Shown here piece by piece: positions 1 to 9,609 of a stretch of 64,000 bases of DNA (its first letter is position 1; each line of letters begins with the position of its first letter). The translations under genes were made by a program, and so were the position numbers. The notes under the pieces are model-generated. The model had not been told where the DNA came from. It did no database searches and saw only the letters and a program-made list of their open reading frames with translations. This DNA comes from Escherichia phage vB_EcoM_FB: sequence record MT682711.1, one strand, 5' to 3'.

Positions 1-522
1 TCATGGTCTGCAACCACTAAGGAATACAATGGACGGGCCAGGTCCTTATCATCAACTTGTTTGTAGCCATTGATTACAATTTTACCATTGTCTACAGTAA
101 TAGCAAATGTATCAATACTCAGTCCAGAGGACACACGCATCAACTGCTGGTAATCTTCGGCTTTAAGGTCAAAAATAACTTCAGCCACCGGGAACGGAAT
201 AGCTTTGCTTGGGAATGCAATTGTGCTTGGGTCGGCAATAGGCCACTTAATAGTTGAACGTTGGTCTTTAATAATTAAAGTGGTTTGGTCTTCACTTACC
301 GAAACTTCAGCACTTTCAGATACCAATGACAGAATACTTAAGAAGCCGTTCAGGTCGTAGATTGCGGCTTCGATATCAAAGGTGTCATTTACAGTAGCTT
401 CACCATAACTTGCACCCGTTACTGAACGAGTTAGAATAGTGTTACCAGGTTTAAGCATGATACCTGGGTTAATACCGGAGAAGTTTTTCAGAATGTTCAG
501 AGTTTCTTTAGAGAATTTCATA
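1..522 (-). CDS. 45: DNA polymerase sliding clamp gp45, N-terminal part (gene runs past window start)
   Basis: Minus-strand translation from ATG at 522 reads MKFSKETLNILKNF..GIMLKPGNTILTRSV, matching T4 gp45 N-terminus as recalled; no stop before position 1. Confidence 0.85.
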
Positions 523-549
523 ATGTTTCCTTATCAAGTCAAAAATTAA

Positions 550-963
550 TTAAGCAATAACGATCATTTGTTTACGAATGGATTCAGGCAGAGATTCAAT
601 ATACTCTGGAATCTGGGAAGCAACAATAGCACCAGCTTCAAGCAGTTGTTCGTCAAAATCTACACAATAATCATCTTCGAGACGTTCAGAACCATCACGG
701 TCGATAACCAGTTTAGCACCTGCGGCCAGTGAATCATTATAGTGGCGACGCATAATTTCTACCCACTTATCGGATACGTCGTTATCAATGATACCGTAGA
801 GCATGAACTTAGTTTCTTGTGGAAGAGACTGCAGACGACGTGCAGAGTCGGTATCAATATTCAGTACCCATGATTTACGGATACGGTTTTGATTATGTGG
901 GTTGGAATCAGTACGAATGGTTTTAACTTGGATATCTTTAACAGTAATAGCGTTAGCAAACAT
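550..963 (-). CDS. rpbA: RpbA-like RNA polymerase-binding protein (assigned by position only)
   Basis: ORF immediately upstream of gene 45 as in T4 order; track ORF 550..1005 begins at TTG, first ATG at 963. Confidence 0.4.
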   Translation of the reverse strand: MFANAITVKDIQVKTIRTDSNPHNQNRIRKSWVLNIDTDSARRLQSLPQETKFMLYGIIDNDVSDKWVEIMRRHYNDSLAAGAKLVIDRDGSERLEDDYCVDFDEQLLEAGAIVASQIPEYIESLPESIRKQMIVIA

Positions 964-1023
964 AATATTTTCTCTCATTTGGTTGGTAGATGTATTATAA
1001 ATCAATATTTTAAAGCACTTAAT

Positions 1024-1218
1024 TTAATCAAAGTATTCATAAACGAACCAGGCAGGATTCCTGTTCGACATGATTCTATCATACTCTGACTTAAAAGCAT
1101 TTCGGAGATAATCTTCAGTAACAAGATGTTCGTCTCCAGAGAAGTTATTAACTAAAACATACCGCTTTAGTTCAGGAACGGCCAACAAATGCTGGCCTGT
1201 TATAAAATTAGAAGCCAT
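1024..1218 (-). CDS. hypothetical small protein (45.2 position)
   Basis: 64-codon ATG ORF co-directional with neighbours. Confidence 0.4.
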   Translation of the reverse strand: MASNFITGQHLLAVPELKRYVLVNNFSGDEHLVTEDYLRNAFKSEYDRIMSNRNPAWFVYEYFD

Positions 1219-1261
1219 ATAAATATCTTTATCGGTCGCTGTATCAAATAAGGATTTGATA

Positions 1262-1978
1262 ATGAATTATAAATCAATATACGAAAAGCTTATTCAACGA
1301 GCAGTTAATAGAAATTTAACTACCTATAAAGAACGTCATCACATTATACCACAATGTATGGGTGGAACGGATGACGCTTTAAACTTGGTAGACTTAACAC
1401 CTGAAGAACATTACTTGGCTCATCAGTTGTTAGTTAAAATCCATCCAGATAATGTATCACTAGTCTATGCGGCAAGAATGATGACAATTAGCTCACCAAA
1501 TGCTGATAGGTCTAAAAATAAATTATTTGGATGGCTTCGTCGTAAGAATTCAGAAGTCCAAAAGGATAAAGAATTCTCGGAAGAAACCAGAAAGAAAATG
1601 TCGATTTCTGCTTTAAAAAAGCCTAGAGTTACCTGTCCACACTGTGGTAAAACCGGTTTGGTAGGCAATATGAACAGATGGCATTTTGATAATTGTCCTA
1701 AAGGCCCTAATAAAGTGGTTCATACTATACCAAAAGAACAAAAAGATAAAATATCAAACACTTTTAAGAATAAAGTATTTGAATTGGTTAATTGCCAGTT
1801 TTGTGGTATAGAAGGTAAGAAGAGCGTTATAGTAACCCATCAATATTTTTGCAAATTAAACCCTAACCGTAAAAAGAAAGAGGACCCTAAAATAAAGTGT
1901 CCTCATTGCGATAAAGTAGGAATACCTGCCAATATGAAACGTTGGCATTTTGATAATTGCAAATTAAAGCCTCAATAA
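1262..1978 (+). CDS. HNH homing endonuclease (Mob-like) with three C-terminal zinc-finger repeats
   Basis: N-terminal KERHHIIPQCMGGTDDALNLVDLTPEEHYLAHQ HNH motif; three CxxC..W/HxFDNC repeats; track start 1256 is TTG, ATG at 1262 with AAGGA upstream. Confidence 0.75.
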   Translation: MNYKSIYEKLIQRAVNRNLTTYKERHHIIPQCMGGTDDALNLVDLTPEEHYLAHQLLVKIHPDNVSLVYAARMMTISSPNADRSKNKLFGWLRRKNSEVQKDKEFSEETRKKMSISALKKPRVTCPHCGKTGLVGNMNRWHFDNCPKGPNKVVHTIPKEQKDKISNTFKNKVFELVNCQFCGIEGKKSVIVTHQYFCKLNPNRKKKEDPKIKCPHCDKVGIPANMKRWHFDNCKLKPQ

Positions 1979-1983
1979 GAGGC

Positions 1984-3666
1984 TTATTCCAATACAGTAA
2001 ATCTACCGACCTTCTTCATTTGAAGGTGTTGTCCATACGATTGAGGGTCATGGTCCTTATGAGAAATTATAAAGATATTAGAATCTTCCAAAGAATTTAT
2101 AATATTAGATACACCTTTAATACCCTCTGCATCAAAACTTCCATCAAAAACTTCATCTAAAATTAAAGTGCTTATATGTATTCCCGAGACTCGAGAAGCA
2201 ATATCACGCCATGTAAACAATAAAGCCACATCTATTCTAGACTTTTCACCTTCACTAAATGAAGCATAACTAAAGTCTTCACGTCCACGTGATTTAATCG
2301 TCTCGTTGAATTCTTCGTCTAGGGTAAAGACGTAGTCAGCTTCCATAATCTTCAAATAAGAATTTATCTGCTTATTAAAGATAGGAATGTATTTCTTAAT
2401 AATGGAACCTTTAATACCAGTATCCTTCAACATTTCTGTCAGAATTCCACGATGATATTTTTCCATTACTAAGGACGATTTGGTAGAGACGATTTTATCA
2501 AGCTCTGCTTGAAGCGCGGCAATCTCTTCGGCATTACTTACGAACTCAGCAGCTGCTTGGTCGATTAATACTTTAACTTTTTTAGCTTTCTCTACGGCAG
2601 TAATGGCTTGTTGCTTATGAGTAGCTATCTGAGATTTAATAGCCAGCGCTTTATTACGTTGTTCGGTTACTTGGTCCTTAATGAGCTTGAGTTCTTGGTA
2701 CTGCTCATTAATCTTATCCAAAGATTTTTGAAGTTCAAAGTTCTTATCCTTAATTTTAGTAAGGATGTTTCCATGCTCTTCCAATCCTTGCATACACGTA
2801 GGGCAGTGGCCGCCTGTTTCGTATAATTTCACAACCTTAGTAAAGGTTGCCATATCATTCTTGATTGCAAATCCTTTATTGCTCAGGTCACTCATAGAGT
2901 CGCTAGGGTCATCACCAACGATGACATTGAGTAATTCATCAGTCAGGTTTTCTATATTGCCCTTCGCAGTCCTGGCTTCTTTAACTAGCTCGTCATACAT
3001 TACTTGTAGACGTGCTGCGTTCTCACCGGATAATTTACGCTGACGTTCTTCGTTGTCATTATAAATTTTAATCTGTTGGGTAATAGAATCCTGTTTAACG
3101 TCGATTACTTGGATTTGGCTATTAGTCTCACGAATCAAAGATTTGTTCAACTTATCCATATCCGCTAATACAGAAACCTCTAAGAGGTCTTCCACAAGCT
3201 TTCGGCGCGCAGGGGTCGACAAACCCATGAAAGGGGTATACCCTGCTGTACCAAGTACGACAATCTGTTTGAAACTGGTATATGACATTCCGATAAGCTG
3301 TTCAAATTCTGCTTGGAAGTCTTTACTGCTGGCAGATTCATCAAGACGTTCACCGCCACAAGAGATTTCAAAAATATTGGGTTTTTGCCCGCGCTTGATA
3401 TAGTATTCTTTGCCATCATATTCCATCCACAGTTCGACCAAAAGGTCTTTCTTATTACTTGAGTTAATCAACTGCCCTTTCTTAACATCACGAAAAGGCT
3501 TACCGAACAGAGCAAATGTAACGGCTTCAAGGAACGTAGATTTCCCAGCGCCATTTTTACCGGTGACTAAGGTCTTTTGGACCTTATCAAGTTGGATTGT
3601 AATAGATTGCTGACCTACCGACATAATATTTTTATACGTTACTTTCTTTAACTTAAACGTTTTCAT
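1984..3666 (-). CDS. 46: recombination endonuclease subunit gp46 (Rad50/SbcC-like ATPase)
   Basis: 560 aa; Walker A GKNGAGKST near N-terminus, coiled-coil middle, C-terminal signature/Walker B (LILDEVFDG); T4 position and size. Confidence 0.9.
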   Translation of the reverse strand: MKTFKLKKVTYKNIMSVGQQSITIQLDKVQKTLVTGKNGAGKSTFLEAVTFALFGKPFRDVKKGQLINSSNKKDLLVELWMEYDGKEYYIKRGQKPNIFEISCGGERLDESASSKDFQAEFEQLIGMSYTSFKQIVVLGTAGYTPFMGLSTPARRKLVEDLLEVSVLADMDKLNKSLIRETNSQIQVIDVKQDSITQQIKIYNDNEERQRKLSGENAARLQVMYDELVKEARTAKGNIENLTDELLNVIVGDDPSDSMSDLSNKGFAIKNDMATFTKVVKLYETGGHCPTCMQGLEEHGNILTKIKDKNFELQKSLDKINEQYQELKLIKDQVTEQRNKALAIKSQIATHKQQAITAVEKAKKVKVLIDQAAAEFVSNAEEIAALQAELDKIVSTKSSLVMEKYHRGILTEMLKDTGIKGSIIKKYIPIFNKQINSYLKIMEADYVFTLDEEFNETIKSRGREDFSYASFSEGEKSRIDVALLFTWRDIASRVSGIHISTLILDEVFDGSFDAEGIKGVSNIINSLEDSNIFIISHKDHDPQSYGQHLQMKKVGRFTVLE

Positions 3667-3887
3667 GTATTGTTCTCACGAATTGTTTGTTCAGCATATT
3701 CTAGCATTTCTTCGGAAGAAGCAAACACGTCGTCAAGTTCCATGGCCCATGAAACACCTTCAGAATATTCAGAAGTGACATACATAGTTCCGGTATACCA
3801 AGAACCATCCACGTCCCATTCTACATTACCGAACCAGCCATCGCCAATATGAAAATCATGTTTATACATTTTCATCATTATAAGCAT
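3663..3887 (-). CDS. hypothetical protein
   Basis: ATG ORF between 46 and 47, overlaps gene 46 start by 4 nt. Confidence 0.4.
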   Translation of the reverse strand: MLIMMKMYKHDFHIGDGWFGNVEWDVDGSWYTGTMYVTSEYSEGVSWAMELDDVFASSEEMLEYAEQTIRENNT

Positions 3888-4125
3888 CCTTGATGCATGA
3901 TTCAGCCATATGAATTAATGTTTCTGGAGTATCATCTACCATTACATTAAAGCTAAATTCCACAGCCCAATCAGTAGCAACATAAACTTTAATAAGCTCG
4001 TTGGTATCGCGAGTGCTCACGGCTTCAAACCAGAACTTAATGATATTCGTTTGGTTATCGTCATCAATAACGATGCAGTCGTGTTCTAGTTCAAGGCCTG
4101 ATTTTTTGAATTCATCTAAAGTCAT
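3862..4125 (-). CDS. hypothetical protein
   Basis: ATG ORF between 46 and 47, stop overlaps gene 47 end. Confidence 0.4.
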   Translation of the reverse strand: MTLDEFKKSGLELEHDCIVIDDDNQTNIIKFWFEAVSTRDTNELIKVYVATDWAVEFSFNVMVDDTPETLIHMAESCIKDAYNDENV

Positions 4126-5144
4126 CGTGTAACCTCATTATAAAGTTGTGCGGCCATAGTCTTAAGGGCTTTAACATCGTCTTCAGTGTGGCCATCAGGA
4201 AGGGCATCGATATAATCATACATCATATCCAAGAGGGACTTAACTTCATCTTCCTCTTCAGAATCATCGATATCAACACTGTTATCTACCTTAGACACAA
4301 TACGTAAAGAGTGAACAACCTTTTCAAGTTCAGATTCGAACTTGGTAAGCCCGTCATCAATTTTATCGACTATAACACGAACCGCAATATTTGTAAAATC
4401 TTTGTAATCGATAGTCGCATTCGGATAATGAATCTTACGATGCCAACAAGTTTCATTGATGATGAAATCCATTTTATGGGTTTCTGTATCGAAAATCCAG
4501 AAGCCACGAGGGTCGTTCTCATCACCTGCAGTCAGGGTCCATGGCGTACCAATATACTTGACGTTTGCTGCATCAGAAATGGTGTGGAAGTGACCAGACC
4601 ATACTTGCTTATACTTCTTAAGGAAATCAGGTTCTAAACCATGTGATTTCATTCCTTTATAGAAATAGAAACCATTTAATTCCCAGTGGCCAATACAGAA
4701 ATCGGCAGTAGTATTTTTGATATGGTCCATGATATCGGTCGTGTTTTCTTCACACATCCATGGAATCAAATCAATTTCTGTACCATCAAAATTAACCGTA
4801 GTAGGTTTCTCAATAACCTTGATATGGTCGTATTTACCCAGAACTTCAGAAGCAGCGTTCGGAGTCAATGTGTTTTTGTAGTGCATATCATGGTTACCAA
4901 CGACCGTATACATGGTAATGCCGTTGGCTTTAAGCAAATCGGAGATTTCGCGAGCGAATTCCATACACTTATGGGTAATTGCTTTACGAACGTCAAAGAT
5001 ATCACCGTATTGAATCCATACAGTAATGCCATTTGCTTTAGAATAATTAATAGCGTCTTGGATACCTTGACGTTGGATATTTTGTACCCACACATCATCG
5101 GCCTTCACTCCAAGGTGCCAGTCACCTGTGTTTAATATTTTCAT
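4122..5144 (-). CDS. 47: recombination endonuclease subunit gp47 (Mre11/SbcD-like phosphoesterase)
   Basis: MKILNTGDWHLG..GNHD metallophosphatase motifs; start set at ATG 5144 (ATGA overlap with upstream small ORF). Confidence 0.9.
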   Translation of the reverse strand: MKILNTGDWHLGVKADDVWVQNIQRQGIQDAINYSKANGITVWIQYGDIFDVRKAITHKCMEFAREISDLLKANGITMYTVVGNHDMHYKNTLTPNAASEVLGKYDHIKVIEKPTTVNFDGTEIDLIPWMCEENTTDIMDHIKNTTADFCIGHWELNGFYFYKGMKSHGLEPDFLKKYKQVWSGHFHTISDAANVKYIGTPWTLTAGDENDPRGFWIFDTETHKMDFIINETCWHRKIHYPNATIDYKDFTNIAVRVIVDKIDDGLTKFESELEKVVHSLRIVSKVDNSVDIDDSEEEDEVKSLLDMMYDYIDALPDGHTEDDVKALKTMAAQLYNEVTR

Positions 5145-5284
5145 AAGCCAAGCGCCGTTATTGCAATGCAAAATAAAATTATTGAAATGAACCCGTCAGG
5201 AGTGGAAAAGAATCCTATCCAACAAGCTCGTGTGAATGTGTAGAATGCCATGAATAACACGACATATCCTAAAAGTAGTTCCAT
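5141..5284 (-). CDS. small hydrophobic protein (47 aa)
   Basis: Not in ORF track (<60 aa); GAGGAG 5 nt upstream of ATG; stop overlaps gene 47 ATG (ATGA). Confidence 0.35.
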   Translation of the reverse strand: MELLLGYVVLFMAFYTFTRACWIGFFSTPDGFISIILFCIAITALGL

Positions 5285-5304
5285 ATGTTCTCCTCAGTTG
5301 GTTC

Positions 5305-5328
5305 ATTTTATCATCCAAATATAAAGCA
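5305..5328 (-). promoter_or_regulatory. MotA-box middle promoter candidate upstream of the gene 47/46 operon
   Basis: Minus strand reads TTTGCTTTA, 11 nt spacer, TAAAAT; fits T4 middle promoter layout. Confidence 0.5.
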
Positions 5329-5347
5329 AAAAAGGAGCCTAAGCTCC
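5327..5347 (-). terminator. rho-independent terminator candidate
   Basis: GGAGC-CTAA-GCTCC hairpin followed on the minus strand by a U-run. Confidence 0.45.
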
Positions 5348-5512
5348 TTTACCAACTAATACACCGTACAGAGGTTCGTGATTAGACCTGAACTTGATAG
5401 GCTTATAGGTAATAGTACCTTCATTTTCTGCTTTAATACGAGCGGCTTCAAATTGAAGTATCATCTCATTTTTGTCAGATTTAATCTTATCAAAATCCAT
5501 CGAATTCGTCAT
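5339..5512 (-). CDS. hypothetical small protein (57 aa)
   Basis: Not in ORF track; AAGAGG 9 nt upstream of ATG; 3-prime end overlaps terminator hairpin. Confidence 0.3.
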   Translation of the reverse strand: MTNSMDFDKIKSDKNEMILQFEAARIKAENEGTITYKPIKFRSNHEPLYGVLVGKGA

Positions 5513-5570
5513 TCATACAACCTCTTAAACTTTTTCGTATTCGTCTTTCATTAGCCGCCTGTCCACGTTA

Positions 5571-5771
5571 TCATCGTTGCCACCATTTCTTAAGTTGATG
5601 AGAATCTACCCAAACCTTGGCTACGGGCTCAATCCGAAAAATTCCATCGGAATACTGGCCGACCATTTTATATTCGGTTTCGGACTGCTTAATACAGATA
5701 TTACCGTATGAGCGAAGTCTAAAGGCGGCTCCAATAAGAAGCCGTTTAAAGGGTTTATTTACTAGGGCCAT
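5571..5771 (-). CDS. hypothetical protein
   Basis: 66-codon ATG ORF co-directional. Confidence 0.3.
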   Translation of the reverse strand: MALVNKPFKRLLIGAAFRLRSYGNICIKQSETEYKMVGQYSDGIFRIEPVAKVWVDSHQLKKWWQR

Positions 5772-6066
5772 TGACGATTTCCCAAATTTGTTTGCGGGTA
5801 GATTCCCACATCAATTGAACAAGTTCATCAGTAACAGGTTGACGGTAAATACCACGTAATTTAATTAAAGCGTACTTATATGCTTCAAAGTTGTTTTCAA
5901 GTACAGCGCCTTGGGCATGGAGATTTAAACGACGGATTTCACGAGCATTCTTCTTAAGAATCTTAGCCGCTTGAGAATTAGCTTCTTTAATATTGTGCTC
6001 TTCTAAACGTTGCTGGGCTTCTTCAATTTGCTCATCAGTCAATTGAGAAATGTCATGGCTTTGCAT
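5755..6066 (-). CDS. hypothetical protein
   Basis: 103-codon ATG ORF in 55-47 interval. Confidence 0.45.
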   Translation of the reverse strand: MQSHDISQLTDEQIEEAQQRLEEHNIKEANSQAAKILKKNAREIRRLNLHAQGAVLENNFEAYKYALIKLRGIYRQPVTDELVQLMWESTRKQIWEIVNGPSK

Positions 6067-6067
6067 A

Positions 6068-6298
6068 TTAATCCTTTGGAGTCAATTCAATAGTGAAGTA
6101 GAAATTAGCGTTCTCAACATGATAACGATAATCTACGTTATTGTCAGGAGAAGTGAATTCAATATTCCTGACGTTAAGTGGGTCAATATCAATAGGAAGG
6201 CCTTTAACATCCCGTAATATCAATTTAATAAAATAAGGGAGTGCTTCGAAGTCTTCCATTCCATCTAAAAGTGGAGTGATATTAATCTGATGTTCCAT
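6068..6298 (-). CDS. hypothetical protein
   Basis: Track ORF starts at GTG 6334; first ATG at 6298 inside gene 55 3-prime end. Confidence 0.35.
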   Translation of the reverse strand: MEHQINITPLLDGMEDFEALPYFIKLILRDVKGLPIDIDPLNVRNIEFTSPDNNVDYRYHVENANFYFTIELTPKD

Positions 6299-6839
6299 AT
6301 AAAAAATCCAGTTCACCAACTTTAGGTTCGGCACTCTTATCAGACCCTGGTGCTTTAGTTAAAGAGGTTTCATACTGAGTCATTTTGTCGTAGATATCTT
6401 GGATAAAGGTTTCATCTGCAATACCTACCATGTCGTCATCATTACTGTCATAGACATTATGGACGAAGTAGCTATATTTCTTTGCCATTTCTTTACGTTC
6501 TTTTTTGATACGCTGAACGAAGGCATTAAAACAAGCCATAGTGATATATGCATGTGGGTTGTCGTATTTTGTTTCGTCGAAATTGTGAAGACCTTTAATC
6601 GAAGCTTCGATTCCATCAGCTATCATTTCCTGCCGCCAAGATTGGGTATATCCTGAGAAGTTGAAACGCTTGCTGAGGCCTTCTGCTATAAGCATAATAG
6701 CCAATCCTATAGTATCATTTTGTCTAATGATTTTATTAGGGTCGGTGTTAGCATATAATTCCTGCTTCCAACTTGTAATAGCTTTAAGAAGCTCCTTGTT
6801 ATTTACATAATTATTTTTTGTTAACTTCACCTGATTCAT
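6282..6839 (-). CDS. 55: late-transcription sigma factor gp55
   Basis: [58 protein letters not shown] matches T4 gp55 as recalled; start at ATG 6839. Confidence 0.9.
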   Translation of the reverse strand: MNQVKLTKNNYVNNKELLKAITSWKQELYANTDPNKIIRQNDTIGLAIMLIAEGLSKRFNFSGYTQSWRQEMIADGIEASIKGLHNFDETKYDNPHAYITMACFNAFVQRIKKERKEMAKKYSYFVHNVYDSNDDDMVGIADETFIQDIYDKMTQYETSLTKAPGSDKSAEPKVGELDFLYGTSD

Positions 6840-7506
6840 AAGCCCTCTTAAACCTATCAACTAGTGGTCTAAAATTATTTATCGTATATGGATAACCTAG
6901 TTCACAGCATTTGCGCCAGAATTTAGAATAACTAGGGCGTCCTTCCTTAATCCAAAGTTCATGGAACTCATCATATAATACATATGTTGGATTTTTAGCA
7001 AACTTGGAATAATTCTCTATAGAGTAATATTCTTTGTTCTTTTTACTTTTGGCCTCTCTAACTTCAGGATTAGCATTATACTCTTTATGGATTCGACGCA
7101 TCATTTCTCGATGCTCTTCATTTTCCCAAGACTTTTTAATAGAGTTGGAAACCCGCTCTTTATATTCAGGGTCCTGCCAGCGTTCGGTAACTTCTTTAGA
7201 CTGTTCTTCAAGTCTTTCCGGTGTCGGAGGAGCATAACCACCTATACCACCAGGTTTCATATTGACGCAGTTAGTTATTTCGGACATGGCATTTTCTACC
7301 AAAAGCTCTTCAAATTCAAAAGCAAGCTCACTTGTCTCAAAATAACATAAGGCCTCTATATTAAAAGAGCATTTCCCTGAGGCCTTAGCATCTTCTACGA
7401 ATTTGCCACTACCGACATACCCGTCATCTATAAATCCGGTGTGTTTACCGAAATAGTAATAAGTATCATTTTCGGATTTTATAGTGGTCATATAACAATA
7501 GTGCAT
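6811..7506 (-). CDS. GIY-YIG-like (Seg-type) homing endonuclease, motif partly degenerate
   Basis: [20 protein letters not shown] and [10 protein letters not shown] parallel the intact Seg-like protein at 44737; overlaps gene 55 start. Confidence 0.5.
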   Translation of the reverse strand: MHYCYMTTIKSENDTYYYFGKHTGFIDDGYVGSGKFVEDAKASGKCSFNIEALCYFETSELAFEFEELLVENAMSEITNCVNMKPGGIGGYAPPTPERLEEQSKEVTERWQDPEYKERVSNSIKKSWENEEHREMMRRIHKEYNANPEVREAKSKKNKEYYSIENYSKFAKNPTYVLYDEFHELWIKEGRPSYSKFWRKCCELGYPYTINNFRPLVDRFKRAYESGEVNKK

Positions 7507-7538
7507 AATGATTAATCTTTAATTTAAATAATGAATCT

Positions 7539-7563
7539 ATTATATACCAATTGGCTTAAAGCA
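7539..7563 (-). promoter_or_regulatory. MotA-box middle promoter candidate
   Basis: Minus strand TGCTTTA, 12 nt, TATAAT. Confidence 0.5.
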
Positions 7564-7827
7564 TCAACGGAGTAAGCAATAAGCCTGAAATACGGTTTCA
7601 AGGATTTGTGTGAACTCGGAATAAGAAATTGTATCAGTACATCCATGTTCAGACATATATCCACAAAATTCTTTAAAAAGACCTGGATATTCGCGATGGT
7701 TGTATTTGGAAATATGAGACTTCCATACTAAAGAAGTCTCACCACAAACAAACTCAACATCCATACAGTTATCTATTAAGAAAAATCCGAGACCTTCGTA
7801 GGCGAGGGTGGTGGATATGGGTTTCAT
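7564..7827 (-). CDS. hypothetical protein
   Basis: 87-codon ATG ORF. Confidence 0.4.
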   Translation of the reverse strand: MKPISTTLAYEGLGFFLIDNCMDVEFVCGETSLVWKSHISKYNHREYPGLFKEFCGYMSEHGCTDTISYSEFTQILETVFQAYCLLR

Positions 7828-8090
7828 TGTAGGAATCGAGCTCCTTCCAAGGCATCATCTAGGTTATCGAACTCGTCGACGTAATCAACACCGCCAACCT
7901 CATCTTTTGCATACAGCCAATACTGTTTAAACTCGTATTCAATAATAAAGTGGTCGCCTTCAATTTGAAGAACCCCATCACCATTAAATTGAACTGCATA
8001 ACCTGTAAAGCGGACATCATTCAAGAGTTCTTCTTTCATAGCAATCATTTCCAAGTTTTTATCGTAATTAGAGAGTTTTATTTTAATCAT
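7824..8090 (-). CDS. hypothetical protein
   Basis: 88-codon ATG ORF, 4-nt overlap with neighbour. Confidence 0.4.
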   Translation of the reverse strand: MIKIKLSNYDKNLEMIAMKEELLNDVRFTGYAVQFNGDGVLQIEGDHFIIEYEFKQYWLYAKDEVGGVDYVDEFDNLDDALEGARFLQ

Positions 8091-8416
8091 TTCGCTGCCT
8101 TAACAATTTTCAGGTCAACAAATTTTTTCTTACGTTGGTTTTTCATACGACGGATAGTTTTATCAGAGATTTCACCAGGGGCCCAAGCTTTAGATTCTAC
8201 ACCAAAGGCAGCGACATCGAATTCATCGAGGATATATTGAACCAGAATTTCACGAATACCGTTCTTACCAATTTTCTGGTCTTTAGAGTGCATGATAGGT
8301 AACAGTTCAGCAACCCATTGGTCAAGAACCTGAGGAGTTACAAAACCAGTTTTCATCAGTTCGTTTACTTTATCGAAAGCGAAAGAGTTCAGTACGTTTT
8401 TAATAGCTTGTGACAT
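8087..8416 (-). CDS. hypothetical protein
   Basis: Start moved to ATG 8416 (MSQAIK) with GAGGAA upstream; the longer track ORF would run through the promoter. Confidence 0.45.
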   Translation of the reverse strand: MSQAIKNVLNSFAFDKVNELMKTGFVTPQVLDQWVAELLPIMHSKDQKIGKNGIREILVQYILDEFDVAAFGVESKAWAPGEISDKTIRRMKNQRKKKFVDLKIVKAAK

Positions 8417-8455
8417 AATAATTTCCTCAGTTTTAAAGTTATAATCCGTAGGACC

Positions 8456-8485
8456 ATTATACTCTGGTCCCAAGAGTTTGTAAAC
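8456..8485 (-). promoter_or_regulatory. sigma70-type early promoter candidate
   Basis: Minus strand GTTTACA, 17 nt, TATAAT; spacer and downstream form inverted repeat GGACC/GGTCC. Confidence 0.55.
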
Positions 8486-8685
8486 TATTTTTGACTCATT
8501 GCACCTTTCCAGCCTTCGTACATCATTGCGGCGGAAATTAACAAAGCGCCTGAACAACTTGAATATTTGTGATTCCAAAACCAGTTCAGAAAAACTTCGT
8601 CATCAATACCTTGGGCTATCATATTTTCAAAGAACTGACGACGAGCTTCAGCAATTCGCTGTGATAATTTAGATTCAGGATTCAT
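8485..8685 (-). CDS. hypothetical protein
   Basis: 66-codon ATG ORF. Confidence 0.4.
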   Translation of the reverse strand: MNPESKLSQRIAEARRQFFENMIAQGIDDEVFLNWFWNHKYSSCSGALLISAAMMYEGWKGAMSQK

Positions 8686-8813
8686 ATTTTCCAGTTACCG
8701 TTTTCATCAATAAATTTAATCCAGTCATTTACTGACCACTTAGTTGTATCGCCTTTTGGAGCAGAATTTAAAGTGTATAATCCTTGTTTAAAAAGCATTC
8801 GTTTGATATTCAT
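8682..8813 (-). CDS. hypothetical small protein
   Basis: Start moved to internal ATG 8813 to avoid out-of-frame overlap with upstream gene. Confidence 0.3.
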   Translation of the reverse strand: MNIKRMLFKQGLYTLNSAPKGDTTKWSVNDWIKFIDENGNWKI

Positions 8814-8820
8814 GTTTTCC

Positions 8821-9114
8821 TCAGCTGTAACGATAACACTCGTTTGATTTACGTTTTGCAACACGATGAGAAGTATTATAATCCAAATCATCCTCAACGT
8901 ATACATCTTTTTTCAACTGACGAACTTCTTTACGCAGTTGACGATTCATCTCATTCTTGACTTCTGAATCAACGCCACGCATACGCTTCCATTTGTCTGA
9001 ACGGAAGATATTTTCTTCAACTTGTTCCTGACTTACGCCGTCCGGTGCTTTACGACGTCCGGAATAATAAAAATCTTTTACAGACAATTCTTTACGACGA
9101 ATAGTTTTACCCAT
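8821..9114 (-). CDS. hypothetical basic protein
   Basis: 97-codon ATG ORF, Lys/Arg-rich. Confidence 0.4.
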   Translation of the reverse strand: MGKTIRRKELSVKDFYYSGRRKAPDGVSQEQVEENIFRSDKWKRMRGVDSEVKNEMNRQLRKEVRQLKKDVYVEDDLDYNTSHRVAKRKSNECYRYS

Positions 9115-9116
9115 AG

Positions 9117-9371
9117 TTACCTCAGCAGTTTGTATCCAATAAGATTTTTAATGTATTGGACATCTTTGACATCCAAATCTAACTTAATATCTTTCAGGCG
9201 TTCGGCCAGAGTAAGAAATGATACACGTTTCCAATTCTTAACAGGACAGCAATAAGTTTTCGGGCCATTGGCGATTTCAATATTCTTATCAGTGACGGTG
9301 AGAAAAATCAGGCGCTCATCATCCAGATTAAGGGTGACGACATTTTTCATTGAATGTAATTTCAGGCTCAT
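9117..9371 (-). CDS. hypothetical protein
   Basis: 84-codon ATG ORF. Confidence 0.4.
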   Translation of the reverse strand: MSLKLHSMKNVVTLNLDDERLIFLTVTDKNIEIANGPKTYCCPVKNWKRVSFLTLAERLKDIKLDLDVKDVQYIKNLIGYKLLR

Positions 9372-9550
9372 AATTTGATTTCCTTAGCTATTGAACAAAA
9401 CACGCTACGGTCACATACCATCATTGGAATATTTCTATGGTCCAGTACACGATACCATACGTCTGAATCGCTAGCAGCAATTACACGAACCGCACGCCCA
9501 TTCACCAAATAATACTGGTCGGCTTTAATTTCTTTATCTTGGATAGTCAT
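9368..9550 (-). CDS. hypothetical protein
   Basis: 60-codon ATG ORF with GAGGAG upstream, directly below a promoter cassette. Confidence 0.4.
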   Translation of the reverse strand: MTIQDKEIKADQYYLVNGRAVRVIAASDSDVWYRVLDHRNIPMMVCDRSVFCSIAKEIKL

Positions 9551-9567
9551 AATGTTCTCCTCATGTG

Positions 9568-9608
9568 TTGATAGGATAGACTATAACACGTGAGGAGAGG
9601 AAGTAAAC
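9568..9608 (-). promoter_or_regulatory. early promoter-hairpin cassette (PeSL-like), divergent copy
   Basis: Plus strand TTGATAGGATAGACTATAACACG..AGTAAAC; inverted repeat CTCCTCATGTG/CACGTGAGGAG encloses the core and covers the SD. Confidence 0.45.
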
Positions 9609-9609
9609 A

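Noticed and set aside
550-1005. Longer 151-codon version of the rpbA-like ORF
   Set aside because: The upstream extension starts at TTG with no SD; the first ATG at 963 was preferred.
4311-5135. Plus-strand ORFs 4311..4637 and 4686..5135 inside gene 47
   Set aside because: Antisense to a well-supported gene with conserved phosphoesterase motifs; low-complexity translations.
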